Assembly (NCBI RefSeq): GCF_009914755.1
Contig: NC_060947.1
Direction: 5' to 3' (one strand)
Length of the DNA: 64,000 nt
Source: the human T2T-CHM13v2.0 reference genome, Homo sapiens
The number at the start of each line of letters is the position of its first letter. The first letter of the stretch is position 1. This document shows, in pieces, positions 30,927 through 46,974 of the stretch. A program made the translations under genes and the position numbers. The notes beneath the pieces were generated by a model, which saw only the letters and a list, made by a program, of their open reading frames with translations, had not been told where the DNA came from and made no database searches.

Positions 30927-33113
30927 GTTTAATGTGCTGGGAAAGCGGATAGATAAATTTTAATGGAAGTAAGGGGCTAAAACTGGAAAAAAACCACACA
31001 CACACACACAGAAAACCAGGCCTTGCCTCTGGGAAATTGGCTCTGGCTGGGGAGGGGCAGAATGAACACAAGAAGTTATAAGAAAAGTGAAAATCTGTGC
31101 ACATCTGGGGAAATATGAAGGTACCCGGATGGCAGAAAAAGCAAAAGGATCTCACCAGCCCTGAGTTGAGCCTCTGCGGAGTTCATCTTCCTCTTAGGCA
31201 GCCATGAAGGTGTTAAGAGTTTCTGCATCCCTTTGCTGTGCTGGCAGGTCAGAGGGTTTTTTTTGTTACTGTTTCATTTCACTTTTTGTTTTCAAAGTTT
31301 TGGGTTTTTCTGAATCAAGCACTTGGTTGAGATGAACATTCTTGTGTGATTAAATGAGCCCCCTTCTGCTTGGAGCCAAAGCCACATTCCTTGCTTCGGT
31401 TTTATCCCAGGTGCTCCTTTATAATTGCATTTTGTATTCCACGGTGCAGCCACCCCCTTCCCGGAGAGGGCTGGCCCCCTAATCACTACAGTGCTGTTAC
31501 ACTGCAGCTGGGACTTCAAAGTCCCCAGAAGTCACATTGTAACGTGAGCTCCAAATCGTCTCTGAGATGAACACAGAGAGGCATCATCAGTCAAAACTCA
31601 TCAAGGGCAAGGGATACCTCTGTGTGGCATGTGGGTGACGGAATTCAGCCTCACCCTCAGTCCCTCTCAGAGCCTCCCCCTCCACAGCATTGCCATTCCC
31701 AATCTGAAAACCACACCAACATATACATAATTCAAGGCTGTGCACTGATCGCCCAGAGTGAGGGGACAGACATGTATGCCCAGGAAAGAATGTTTGTTTC
31801 AAGCAAACGTTCACAGCACCAGCTGCCAATGGGGGAAGACGGGCAGAGGGGGCTCCCGCAGACAGACATGGGAAAGTACAAACGATGATTACAGGCTCCA
31901 AAAAGGAGCTGCTGTTGGGGGAAATCACAGCATCTGATTTGGGTTTTGCTTTTATAATTACTGGACTCAGAGAATGTAACTGCAAAGCACATGCTGTTTC
32001 CAAAATGGGTGGGACCATGTGAGCTCATGACGGTTTCAAATCTGCACTTTGACATTCAAGTTTCACTCCAGGAGTTAACAAGAGCAGGCCCTGCTTTACA
32101 TAGTAGCTTCATTTGAAGTTCCAAAGCTCAGTCCCTGGAAGCAGATGGGGTAACTTGTGATTCTATTTTATTTATTTATCCTGGAGCCAATAAAGAATAT
32201 TGATTTCTAATGTGGGAATTCTGAAAAGGGAAAAACTAGGGTTGACTTTTTTTTGGGGTCAAACTTATGAGTTTCTCAAGGCCGAAGAGCTGTGTCTCCA
32301 TTATCTTTCTTCAGTGTCAGTTCTCGTATGTCGTATATTGACGATAAACAATATAATGTATGCTTTTGAACAATGGATAAATGCTGAAAGCCTGTTCTTT
32401 AGCTGTGACCTTTTAGAATAAATCAGGAAAATAACCCTGGCAGAGTTTTCTGGAGACATGGAGCATTTCCCCAAAACAGACCTATCTGCCACTGTGTGAA
32501 ATGTCACATAAAACACTAGGTGTCAAAAGAAAACAGTAATCGGCTTGGTGTTTCATGGCCTGAGAGAAGCTGCTTAGTTCAGATGCCCTGAGCTTCCAAA
32601 GAATGAATATAAAAGTGTAATCTGAAGACACTGTGTGCCCTGGTGTATCTTTGATCAAACTGAACCTGCGAAGAAGTGTGGCAGGCTCTAAAAGCTGTGG
32701 TGACTAACCGCTCAGGAAACCCATGCCGGTGACTTTACTGAACATGTCACATCAAAGGGGAAAAGTGCCCCACTGACTGGAAAGTTCTTTTGGTATTCAA
32801 TGTTGAGAGAGAATAGAAATGAGATAAAATTTCAGTATTTCTGGGTTTGGTTAATAGATTCTCTCTCTCTTCCAAATATAAGAACTTTAAGTGATTCTGT
32901 TGACTTAGTAGAAAAATATCCAAAGGGCACACCTAATAACGAGGTCTAAGGGGAATGAAAATATAAAACTATAGATAAGAGAGAGTATCGTAATCTTTAG
33001 AGAAGTAGTTCAAAAAATTTTTTCAGCTGTGACATCCAAGATGATGTCCAGACACTGTGACGGGTAGACCCTGGCTTTGTAGGCACATCCCAGGACACTA
33101 TCTGCAACTTGAC

Positions 33114-33580
33114 TGTGAGGGAGCTAAGAATATGCCACCCCAAAATACGCTGCTCTGGCATGTTGACTATTTTTAATTAAAGGAACTTAACAACAGAAAA
33201 AGCAGGTGCAAGAAGTTCACTCTGATCATTTTGTTTCTTAAAAGCAGATTAAATTCTCATGTGAAAGACATCCTTCTTACACAAAAAGAAATAACAATCT
33301 TATCAAGGATGGGAAGTTGAAACAGAATTCCATGCAGACCTTGTTACAATAACTCTTATCTTTTTAGCCTCCCCACATAATGTAGTTGCTTTTTTCACAA
33401 CTTAACTATTCCCTGTCTGATTCAGTATGTAAGTGACTGACTCGTAACTGCTTCTTTGGGCCTTCATAACCTTATGAGGGCTCCTGTGCTACGTAAAACT
33501 TGGCATTAAATGAATCTGTATGCTTTTCTCCTGTTGAGCTGTCTTATTGCAATTTAATAATCAGGCCCAGCAGGGACCCT
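33114..33580 (+). mobile_element. ERV1 solo LTR, MER34-like
   Basis: agaatatgccaccccaaaata...; attaaatgaatctgtatgcttttctcctgtt poly(A) region. Confidence 0.65.
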
Positions 33581-34009
33581 AGCTGCTCTGGGCCAGAGGG
33601 CCAAGCTCTCTTATTTTCTCTCTCCTCCCTTCTGAGGGCCTGGCTCCATTCCACCACTCCTTCTATGCTTGAGATAGAAAATGCCATTTCCCTCCAGTCT
33701 GTGCCAGCCAAAGTGTCCCCAGTCACCTTGGATTCTCACATTCTTCAGAGGGAAGCAACTACAAGTTAAATCAGTCCCTGTTTGCTAAAACCCATCACTT
33801 CTTATGAGTTGTGTTGATGGGGCCATTCATTAAAACTTCAGCATCACTCATTTGGGGCAAGAGAGCTGGGAGGGGCAGGTCGAAAACTGTGTCTTGCCAA
33901 AGGAACATTTCTTTAGCTGGTATCTGATTTAGGATCATAACACCTCTGGCCACCATTTTTTATAGAGGTAAAGCCAGGTGTAAATGATCTATTGAAGGGC
34001 TTTAACTTT

Positions 34010-34160
34010 GGCATAAGATGGACATGGTTTTGAATCCAGGCTCTGTTACTTCCTAGCTGTGTAACCCTGGGCAAATCGTTTAACCTCTCTAAGCTTTGAT
34101 TTTCTCATCTATAAAATATGGTAATTCGTCTACCCATACAAACTTGTTGGGCACAGCAGA
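34010..34160. mobile_element. MIR
   Basis: tgaatccaggctctgttacttcctagctgtgtaaccctgggcaaatc...ttctcatctataaaat. Confidence 0.75.
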
Positions 34161-34189
34161 TGGCAGAGCATGAATGCCCAAAAATGTGA

Positions 34190-34600
34190 TTGTAGCAGAG
34201 ATAGCTGATGCTCACCAAATCTGTGTTCTCCTTTTCTTCGTGGGTCCATAGCTGGACTGTATTTCCCAGCTCCCCGTGCAGTTAGGTGTGGTCAATACTG
34301 GTTCTAGCCAATGGAATGTAAGCAGGAGTGAAGCCTGGAGAGCCCATCAGCAATCCCCTGCAGTCTTCCTCTCTGCTGGTCTGGAATGGAGATGACCCAG
34401 CATGACCTTGGAAGCCATGTGTTGAAGATGGCAGCTCTGCTGTCAGCCTGGGCCTCTTAATAACTGTGGAAGAGGACTTCCCAGTGACTTCTTTACCTGC
34501 CCAGTACTGTCATGTGAATAAGAAACAAAGCTCTGTGGTATTGAGCCATTTTCCACTTTGGGGTCAGTCTGATAAAGCAGATAGTGTACCCAGACTATGC
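34190..34600 (+). mobile_element. MLT1H/I-like MaLR LTR
   Basis: actgtatttcccagctccccgtgcagttagg...ggaagccatgtgttgaagatggc. Confidence 0.55.
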
Positions 34601-34634
34601 AGTTATTACCACTATAAATTCCTAGAATGCTGGG

Positions 34635-34833
34635 TAGTGGCGTGATGAAGCTAGCTTGTACCAGCTCTCAAGAGCTGATGGTTACATTTGCAGGCGTTTT
34701 ATGGGCCAGTTGATGTCACATTCCTACCTTGAAATCAGCCATGGTGGAAATGTTTACACCACAGAAATTGGCAAATACTGTAAACCAGTCTTTCCTCCTC
34801 TCCCTCACTGGAGCATTTACTAGCACACTACTG
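34635..34833. mobile_element. MER63-like hAT MITE
   Basis: agtggcgtgatgaagctagcttgtaccagctctcaagagc...tttacaccacagaaattggcaaat...tagcacactactg. Confidence 0.6.
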
Positions 34834-35295
34834 ACTAAGAATATATCTTTTTCCTCTTTGCCTTATCCCAAAGCCTCATAACCTAGTGCATTACATATTT
34901 GAATAACTCACAAAGTGTTTGTGGCTACGACTCAAGACCAGGCTTGAATAAATTGAAAGAGGAGACATTGTGAAAGGACGAAAGCTAATACTTAGGGTTA
35001 GACAGGGCATATGGTGAAGCGGGAAGAACAGTCTAATCTTTGCCTTTCTGAAATAGGAATATCTGGGGCTAAGGATACATTTTAGTGTGTTGGGTCTCTT
35101 TGTGATTCAGGCCTTTAACCTCTTTCATCTCCCCTGTCTGGACTGGTTGTCACTGCTCCATCAGCAAGTGGATGTCTTCCAAAGTACAGTGATTCTCCCC
35201 TCACTCCCAAGCACTCCATAATGACAGGCACTGGAGAAAGTGTTTTATCCCCTTCATGTTCCTCTAAGGGAGGCTGCAGCCAGTATAGAGGGGGC

Positions 35296-35560
35296 TGTCT
35301 CAGTCTGGGTTCCCCTAACAGCAGAATCCCCTGTCTCGGGGTATTCAAGTGCAAGTCATTTATTTGGAAGGTGATGCCAGGAAACAGCATGGCAGAGTGG
35401 GGAAGAGGTGAAACAGAGAAGGAAAGGCAACCAACAAAGCGTGCTTTCTTCAGCAAATCGCTGCTGCTGTTGGCTGCTGGAGATAGTTTAGAACATGTGT
35501 CTCAGAGTTATCACTGCAGAAAGGAAGAAGGGTACTAAGGTATTTATTAGCTCTCTTGAG
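35296..35560 (-). mobile_element. LTR16-like ERVL LTR
   Basis: tgtctcagtctgggttcccc...tttatttggaaggtgatgccagg. Confidence 0.55.
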
Positions 35561-36296
35561 TCAATGTGGCGCCATCTGCCTAAGATGCTCATAACCTGTC
35601 CAGACAACCAGACTGTCTCTGTTCTTTCATTACCTAGCCCCTGAGAATCTCCTTACTCCACCAAGACTTCCTTGCTTCACCAGAGGTGAGCTGACTCCTT
35701 TATTCAGACCTCTCAGTATGGATGTCACGTGTATTCTGTTAGCTGCCCTTGGCCCTGACTCTCATAATATATTCACCCTGACCTCTGTGTGCCTTCAGTG
35801 CCCTTCAGTGCATTCATGGATAAGAAGAATGCTTTGAATCACAATCTCAAAAATGACATAACTGGAGGGTTCTTCTCTTATGATCCAACATGATTCTGAC
35901 CATCCTGGATTAGATATACATTTCACCAGGATTTCTGCACTGTGGTAGACACAAAAATCACCCCCAAGGATGTTTACATCCTAATCCCTGGAACCTGTGA
36001 ATATGTTACCCTACATGGCAAAAGGACTTTGCAGATGTGATGAAGTTAAGGAGCTTGAGACTGGGAGGTGATCCTGGGTGGAACAAATGGGCCAATGTGA
36101 TCATGAGGATCCTTAGAAGAAAGAGGCAGGAGGGTCCAAGTCAGAGGAGGAGATGTAACAATGGAAATAGACTAGAGTGATGTGGAGCCATGAGCCAAGA
36201 AACGTGGGAAGCTTCTAAAAGCTAGAAAAAGCGAGGAACAGATTTCTCCTCTAAAGTCCCAAGAGAGAATGCAGTTGTACCAACACCTTGGTTTTT

Positions 36297-39274
<2,978 letters not shown>

Positions 39275-39934
39275 TCATAAGATCCATGCAGACTTCTGCC
39301 TTCTGGAACTATGAGATAATAAATCTTTGATGTTTTAAGCCGCTAAATTTGTGGTAATTTGTTACAGCAGTGATACGAAACTAATACAACCACTATTCAC
39401 ATTTTTAAAAATTACATATTTTTGACTTGTGTTTTGGAGATCCAATGTCATTGTGATGTTTAGCTGTCCTTTTTGCTTTCAGAAATCAGCTTTGTGGACT
39501 ACTGTAACCAAATCAAGGTCAGAGTTGGCTACTCTCTGAGGCTTTCTGTCATGAATCTGCTGGCGGCCTCTCAGGGCAGAGACCCTGACCTCGCATGTAG
39601 GTAGGTTATCTATTGCTGGGAGTGAGATCTGTGTTGATGGCATTTGCTGACTGTAGTTCAGTTATTTCTGGATTAACTTCTGCTTTTGATTACCCACACT
39701 ATTTTTTTGTGTGGATAATCCTTTATCCAAATAATCAAAAATTCAATGCCCAAACATGCTCCATTTTGGGGCACTTGGAATCCAAAGGTTTTGTAGCTCT
39801 GCTCCTCTGGTAGTGCCTTCAAAGCATAAATCTTTAATGTTCTCACTAGATTGGTTGGCTAATTCATGAATGTTCTTCATTCTGGGTAATAAGAGCAAAT
39901 ATTTCCTGAACACTTTACTATGCCAGTCAAACTC

Positions 39935-40130
39935 TAGGCTGAGCCTGTTTGATGTTCATTACATTTTGAATACTCACTCTAAGCTGAGCACACCATGGCT
40001 ACCCCCATTTTACAGATGAGAACATGAGGGCTGGAAAGGTTTTGTGGCTTGAGCGTGCTCACACAGCTAGTGCAAGGCAGAGCTCTGCTGTGAAGCCAGG
40101 CAGCCTGATTCTCAAGCTCACACTTCTACC
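39935..40130. mobile_element. MIR
   Basis: cccattttacagatgagaacatgaggg...cacacagctagt. Confidence 0.7.
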
Positions 40131-40662
40131 CAGCAACAGCACTGCTACACTCTTTTTGGAAGTGGCCCAAGTTCACTTCCAGAAACAGAGGTAAAGTTAA
40201 CATCTTGCTTTAACTGGTAGTGGAAGAGGCCAAGAGTCAGGAGGCAGAAGCAATGCCTTTGTTGCACTTTCTCCGTGACACACGCTTGTGTGACAGGAGG
40301 GACTCCCAGTGCGTGTGATGGTCACTAGTTTCTATTTCTAGGACATTGGTCTCACCTCCTACCTCACAAAAAAGTGAAGACAATCATTCTCTTAATGTTT
40401 TGTGATCAAAATGGATTAAAAAGGGTTCCTGCTGTGTCTAGTGGTGGTTTACAGAGAATGTCTGTGTCAACAAAATGTCTGCATCAACAAAAAAGAAAGT
40501 TCCTAGTCGTTTCTGCATTTCAGCTCCCTCAGTTTGGTTGCATTTCCCATTTGCCTCACACGTCAATGGTATTCACCTACTGTTCAATTTGTAGGATGGC
40601 TGGGCAGCCTTCACAGAGCTCCAGAATTCCTTCCTTTCAGATTGGAGGGCATAGTGCTCACA

Positions 40663-41330
40663 CAGTGGTTCTCAATCAGGAGCGATTTTGTTCCTCGGGG
40701 GACATTTGGCAATATCTGGAGACATTTTTGATTGTCACAACTGGGGTAGGACGCGACTGGTATCTAGTAGGTTGTATTCGTTTCCTGATGTTGTATGTAT
40801 CAAACTACCACAAACTTGGTGGCTTAAAATAACAGAAATTTATTATCTCACAATTCTGGAGGCCAGAAATCTGAAAAGAAGATATCAGCAGGGTTGGTCC
40901 CTTCTGGAGACTCTGAGGGAGAATCCTTTCTGTGCCTCTCTCCTAGGTCTGGCTGGTCACTCGCGGTCACTGACATTCCATGGCTTATAGCAGCAGCACT
41001 CCAGTCTCTGTCTCTGACTTCACACGGCCTTCCCCTCTGTGTCTTTGCATCTCAAATCATCCTCTCATTTCTCTCACATGGACACCTGTCATTGGATTTA
41101 GGACCCACCCTAAATCCAGCATAATCTCATCCTGAGGTCCTTAACTTGATGACGTCTGCAAAGACATGCTATTTCCAAATAAGGTTACATTCACAGGTAC
41201 TGGGGTTTAGGTCTTGGACGTATCTTTTCAGAGGACGCTATTCAGTCTGCTACATGAGTAGAGGCCAGGGAGGCTGAGATACATCTGACAGCACAGGACA
41301 GCCCTCTCACAAAGAGGCTGAGAAACTCTG
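40663..41330 (+). mobile_element. MER20 split by an MLT1 LTR (40663-40772 and 41255-41330)
   Basis: cagtggttctcaatcagg...ggacatttggcaatatctggagac; resumes gagtagaggccaggg...gagaaactctg. Confidence 0.82.
40773..41254 (-). mobile_element. MLT1C-like MaLR solo LTR
   Basis: TGTATT...accacaaacttggtggcttaaaataacagaaatttatt...ggatttaggacccaccctaaatccag...TACA; 5-bp flanks taggt/tgagt. Confidence 0.82.
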
Positions 41331-41759
41331 CTCGAGTGAGAAATTTGATTGCCACAGAGAATACCTTTCCCTGTACTTCAAGCCCTTCAGCCAGCTGTGG
41401 TGTGCAGTGTGACCCAGTGCGGGCAATGCAGTCAGATGCCAGCTATTACCTCCTTTTTTTTTTCAAGTGTGAACAATCATTTCCAATGATTGGAGGCCAT
41501 TTGTGCCCAGTAGGTGGCATTCAAATACCCCACATAACCAAGCCTGGTGTGCAGATGACACAACAGGTAAGAAATGAATGCAACTTGCAGAAGTTTGTGG
41601 ATTCAGTTATGTAAATCTATAGTTTGCATCTTTCTCTTAAATGCATGTTACGAACCTCTGATTTCCCAACATAGGCCCTCAGGGCTTTCTCCTTCTCCAG
41701 CCTCCTCCTCACCTTAATGATTACTCTATTTGGATCCAGTGTTTTATGGGAATTTATAC

Positions 41760-42402
41760 CAGGGGTCCTGAACTTTTCCTGCAAAGAGCCAGATAGTAAA
41801 TATTTCGGGTTTTGCAGGCCAAAAGGCAAAACTGAGAATACCATGTGAATTCTGAGATAACGAGAGAGAAGTCCTGTGGCTCCCTGCCCCATTTGATTAG
41901 GGTGGCTGGTCCTGGATGGCAGGCAGCTTTCTGCCCAGGTGCCATCTACTGCAGACTTTCTCTAGGGGAAAAGTGACCGCCCTTTGAATCTGAACCATAG
42001 GCTCTGGGAGGAAGGGGGAGGGCCTGGATCTGGGGAAGGATCGCTACCATGATCTGTTTCGCTCTCTGCCCTGGTGACATTCTGGTGCACCCTTCTCTCC
42101 TTTTGGAGAACTGGGCCATCTGAACTTGGGCAGCTGACTGAAGGGTCCTGGACTGCTTGAAGCCCAGCAGTTGCCCACAGCAGAGACCTCACTGTGTAGG
42201 TGGTGTCCAGTGTGGGCCCTGATCAGTGCCACTGGCCTGGGAGGCAGGTTGTGGGAACAGAGGGGGAAATAGGGGGCAGAGGGTGATGCTCTGGCTGGTC
42301 TCCCCACTAACAGTGGCAGCTTGCTCCAGCAAGGTCTGTGGGCCACACAAACCCAGGTGGTGGGATGGATTTGGCCCACGGGCCATAATTTGCCAGCCTC
42401 TG
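41760..42402. mobile_element. MER58-family hAT element termini enclosing ~450 bp of unassigned sequence
   Basis: CAGGGGTC..aacttttcctgcaaagagccagatagtaaatattt and ggatttggcccacgggccataatttgccagcctCTG ends. Confidence 0.6.
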
Positions 42403-44461
42403 GTTTGATTGTGTGGCAGATACTCAATTAGTCCTTTTCAGCTTGAGAAACTGTGTATAACTCATTTGCAAATGTTGCAAATGAGTTGAAATGATGTTGA
42501 AAGCAGTAAGAACCATTTGACACCTCTGTGCTAAGCTAGTCCATAGGTTTTTTTTTTTTTTTTAATTTACCGATTAATACGTCAAGGCTTAGAAAAATGG
42601 GCACTGCCAAGCTTCTCTTTGCAAATTAACATGCGGACCAAAGAGATATCCAGGATCAGGGAGCTGAAACGAATGTTTTTGCCCTTTGCATCTTGAAGTT
42701 TAGCTCCTCTACTCCTCCACACCCCCAACCATCTTACTGGAGTACACAGTCCTGCAAAATGCAAGCACCAGGGATCCGATTCTATTTATTCTTGTGATAC
42801 ATAGTTCAGTTTTGGCAAACTAATGTTTTGGGAACAGTGACCAATGAATTTGTCTTGTCTTTTATGATATAATCTTCAAAGACAAATATTAGAAACAGTA
42901 TGTTTAGAAAGAATTAGAAGAGCAGTGAACTCCAACATCCAAAGTTTCAAATGTCGTGACTGTGTGCTGCCTATGCTAACAGTCTGGCATTTGCAATATG
43001 GATGCTTTGCTTAAGACAAAATGCTTTCCTAGTCAAAGCCCCAGAAAATTGTCTGCTATCACAGTATTGACTGCTGTCTGTCAGCAAGTATTTTTTCCTT
43101 GCTTAGAAACTTCATCAAAATGCCTTCTCAAAAATCAGCTGTCACCTCCCCTTCTATTCAGCTAACCTCACACTGTATCCTCCTTGGGATGCACACTTAC
43201 TAATCCTCTTGAAGCCAAGTTAGACCAGGTTTGTGGGACGTCAGCTCTTGCCCTCTCCCTTTGGAAATCCCTCCTGATGCAATTTGAGCTGAAGACATTT
43301 CCAGAGTCCTTCATTGTGTGCAAATTCCAAATGAAATAGATTTCAGGTCTGTCACTCTGCCATGGAAGTAATCAATAGCCACCAGAAACGGATATTTTTA
43401 ATGAAGAAATGGAAAATCTAGGATAACAAATGAGAGATTTGAGTCTAGGAGAGGGCAGAAAATGAGTTTTAGGCTCCGAAACCATGTTCCTGCCTCAGTC
43501 AAAAATAGCCTTTAGTGATCTGATTGGCACTGACAAAAGAGCTATCTCAGAGGGAAGATGCATGCCTATCTTGTGGCTGAAGATGCTGAAATGGCTCACT
43601 TGTACCTCCAGATCCAGATTCTTGCCAATGCCCAGACAGATGGGGGTCCCTGTGTGAGGAAAGGAGCACTCAGTGTGGGTCCTGCTACCTCCTGAATCCT
43701 TTTCCACCTTCTGTGGCACCTGCTATTTTGCTGCTGAGGTTTCTTCTGGGCCTATATGACATGCCCGTAATTTTGAGGTAAGTGACAATGAGCATTGCCC
43801 TCCTCCTACCCATAAATATGGGCTTGCAGGGCTCCAGCCTTGGCCTTCTCATCTGTACAAGCTCTGTCTGCTACCTTAGCCAGGGTCTTGGTTTTGACCA
43901 TCCCTCCCCAGTCTCTGACCTTGGTCTATCTCCAGAACTCCAGATTGGCTTCTTTAACTTCCTGTTTGGATGCAGCTGAAGATCCCTCAGGCACTTCAAA
44001 CTCAGTGTGCCATTTACAAGAGACACACTTTAGATTCAAAGCCACCGAAAGGTTGAAAGATTTCATATCTGGAGGCGATTTGGCATCTCCAGGGAGATTT
44101 GGCATCCCCATACCTGTGGGATGAGATGGATGAGGAGGAGTCAATTATGATACTTCATCTTACTAGAGCTAACTGGGAGGGTAGAGGGATGTTGGAAAGG
44201 TAGAAGTGGTGGTGGACCGTCATGGAGGTATGATGGTGACTTAGAAGAGGAAAATGGAGTTGTGTTGATAAGTTCTTTTTTGGTTGCAAATCACAAAGAC
44301 TTAAATTAGCTTAAACACACACACACACACACTCCAAACCACCCCTCCCCCCACACACACACCAAAGGAAAAAAAAACTTTATAACTTTGTTGGCTCAAG
44401 GAACTGGGAAGTCCAAAGAAGTAGTTTGAAGAACAGCTGGATCCAGGTATTCAAACAGTGC

Positions 44462-44990
44462 TGTCATAGACTGGGTTCCCCCATCAAGGAGGCTGAGACA
44501 AAGGCTCGTGTGAGGGTAGTTTATTTGGGAGCAGCACGGGAAAGGGAATGCAAGAGACCTAAGAGAAGGATGCAAAAATGAGTTGGCTGGCACCATGGGA
44601 AACTGGAGCTCAACGCCATATGGGATCTTCAGGAGAGCCTTATAGAACCCATCTCAGGACTGCCCTTCTTGGTGACAAAGGGGGAAGCATTTATTCATCA
44701 GCTCTGTCCCTCATTCATCAAGTGTGGCCCCCTGGGTATTGGCACCCCTCATATGGATGGGTTGCACAGGTGAGTGCTGAGCCAGTTCAACAGGTGTCTT
44801 ATGAGAGAGAAGCTACAGAGTAGAAAATGAACTCATTGCAGTCTCAGAGGAGTCTCAGGGTGGAAAACATTGTCAGGTTGCACCTGCATGAGGCTGGTCA
44901 AAGCCTACATGGAACTGGTGTCAGTAGCAGTTGGTGGAGTCAGGGCAGAGGCCAAGAGGATTTGAAGTGGCCCATAGGTGTCTTATCCGT
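44462..44990 (-). mobile_element. LTR16-like ERVL LTR within an older MaLR remnant (~44260-45300)
   Basis: tgtcatagactgggttcccc...gtagtttatttgggag; flanks ttggttgcaaatcacaaagac. Confidence 0.45.
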
Positions 44991-46974
44991 AACCAGCAGG
45001 TCTCTATTTTCTTGTCTCTTGTTCCATCTCTTGATTCTGCTTGCCTCAGCCTGATTCTTAGAAAGGTATATCCACATGGTGACAAGACATCCCCAAGAAG
45101 CTCCAAGTTATATGGTCCTTAGAGTTACTGCAGAGAAAGAGACCTTGGCCACCCCATGCCTAATGTTCAAAATTGATTTGGATTGACCTATCCTGGGGTA
45201 TGTGCTCAGTCTGTGGGAAAGAAAGGGGGTCTTAACTCCTTGCCCTGTTAGAATTACATGAATTTGAGAGTGGAGCTACTTCCCAGTGGAAGGGTGGCTG
45301 GTCACGGCAGATGTGAAGATATGATGCTTAGATCCTTTCTCAAGCTTCAAGAAAAAATCTTGCTGCTAAGCTTTGAGGAGTGTATTTCATTCGCTCTATT
45401 AGCTTTAGAGCCAAGGACATGCACTTCTTAGAGCAGTCGCTGGCCAAGGACTGAACAAGACAATAAAGGCTCTAGCCATTTCTGCCCAATGTGAGACTCC
45501 TCTAAGGGTAATCTTTACTCTAGAGCTCCCTGTTGGGTTGATGGAGAAGTTGCCAGGTCAACATCACAGTCTGGAAGCTTCCTCTGCCCAATTCTTCCTC
45601 AGGTGTTACTCTCCAACATACATGTTGCATTTCTAACTCCATCTCTGTGCGTGCTTCTTGGAGAACCCAGCTGACACACGGGCAGATGAAGAAATAACCA
45701 ATGTTCTCTCAAGGGATAAGATAACTTGGAAGATGAAGGGAGGAGGAATGAGAAAATCCCAAGTTTTGAGTGGGTACAGCAAAAGGCTTCCAATACCCTC
45801 TTCTTTGGCACTTCTCCTCAGAACCACTTCCAAAAATGGCCTATGTACAGCACTGAAAATGGCCCTGGAAGTAAAAGGCAGACCTGGCACTTGAAATCTA
45901 GGCCTTCAGGTTTTGATATCCTACCAGCTGCAGGGCTTGCACTGCACTGTTGTAAGACAGTGGGCTGCATATAGACAGGGAGATAAATACAGACAGTACA
46001 TGCTCTCAGGGCAAACCATGTGTGGGCAAGCCTGCTTCTCCTTGCAGAGGCATTGACTCTGCATAGAACCTCATGTAGAATCACATCGATTCCAAAAACC
46101 ACTTTCCATACGAGTTGTCTTCTGCCAACAGGCACATGAGGGAAGAGAATGGAGCTCCTTTGTGTGTAGGTTGGCCCTGCTAAGTTGCTGAAATTCAAGG
46201 TCTGAGGAAGAGTCAAGAAACATGTTAACCTAGACTCAAATGTTCTCATTTCTCTGAGACTACTCTGTCTAATGTGTCTCCAAACACCTGGTTTGTGCAT
46301 CATTGGCCTTGGGTTTACAAATTGGAGTGAGTTTTATAGGAAGGTGGCACATAAAATTATAGGTCTATAAACGGCCATAGTAAGTCATCCAAGTAAAAGG
46401 CTTAAATTCCAAGTCATATGGTATGAGGAAACTGAGCTGAAATTCTGTTATTTTCACTGGCAGGAAAACAAAAATGCACAAAATTCTTATTATTCTGAGT
46501 GTACAGGAATCAGAATGCATTCCCATGGTGACTTCTTGTGCCCTACATGCAAGGGAGCAAAACAGAAGTTCTAGTTCACCAATCTGACTTCTAATCTCTG
46601 AGATTTGATGTGAATACAAATAATGGTTTTCTGTGGTACCTTCAGAGTATGCATCACTGGCTGTGTCATAAAATTTTTCTTGTGGTCCTAAGGGAGAAAT
46701 TTAAGGCAAACGCTATTAGGATCATTTTTGTAGCTGGACAGATTTAACAAGCAAAGGGTTATGCGATTGCTACTTTGTAGTTGAAGGAATTGGGTTCTTT
46801 CTGTGCCCATTCCTGTTAAATCACAAATGACAACAAAGGTGAATGACTTTAGTTTATGTAAGTTGTATTGATCTTGGTAAGATCCAGCATTATACCAGCA
46901 TCATCTTAGAGAGGCAGGTCTGGAAAGTGATTATCAACTGTTCAATTATGTTACATTCTTAAGCAAGGTGATTT

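Noticed and set aside
45818-46303. 161-aa minus-strand ORF (likewise 6543-7040, 40374-40832, 31587-32018)
   Set aside because: No recognisable domain or exon context; lengths are compatible with chance in 64 kb over six frames.
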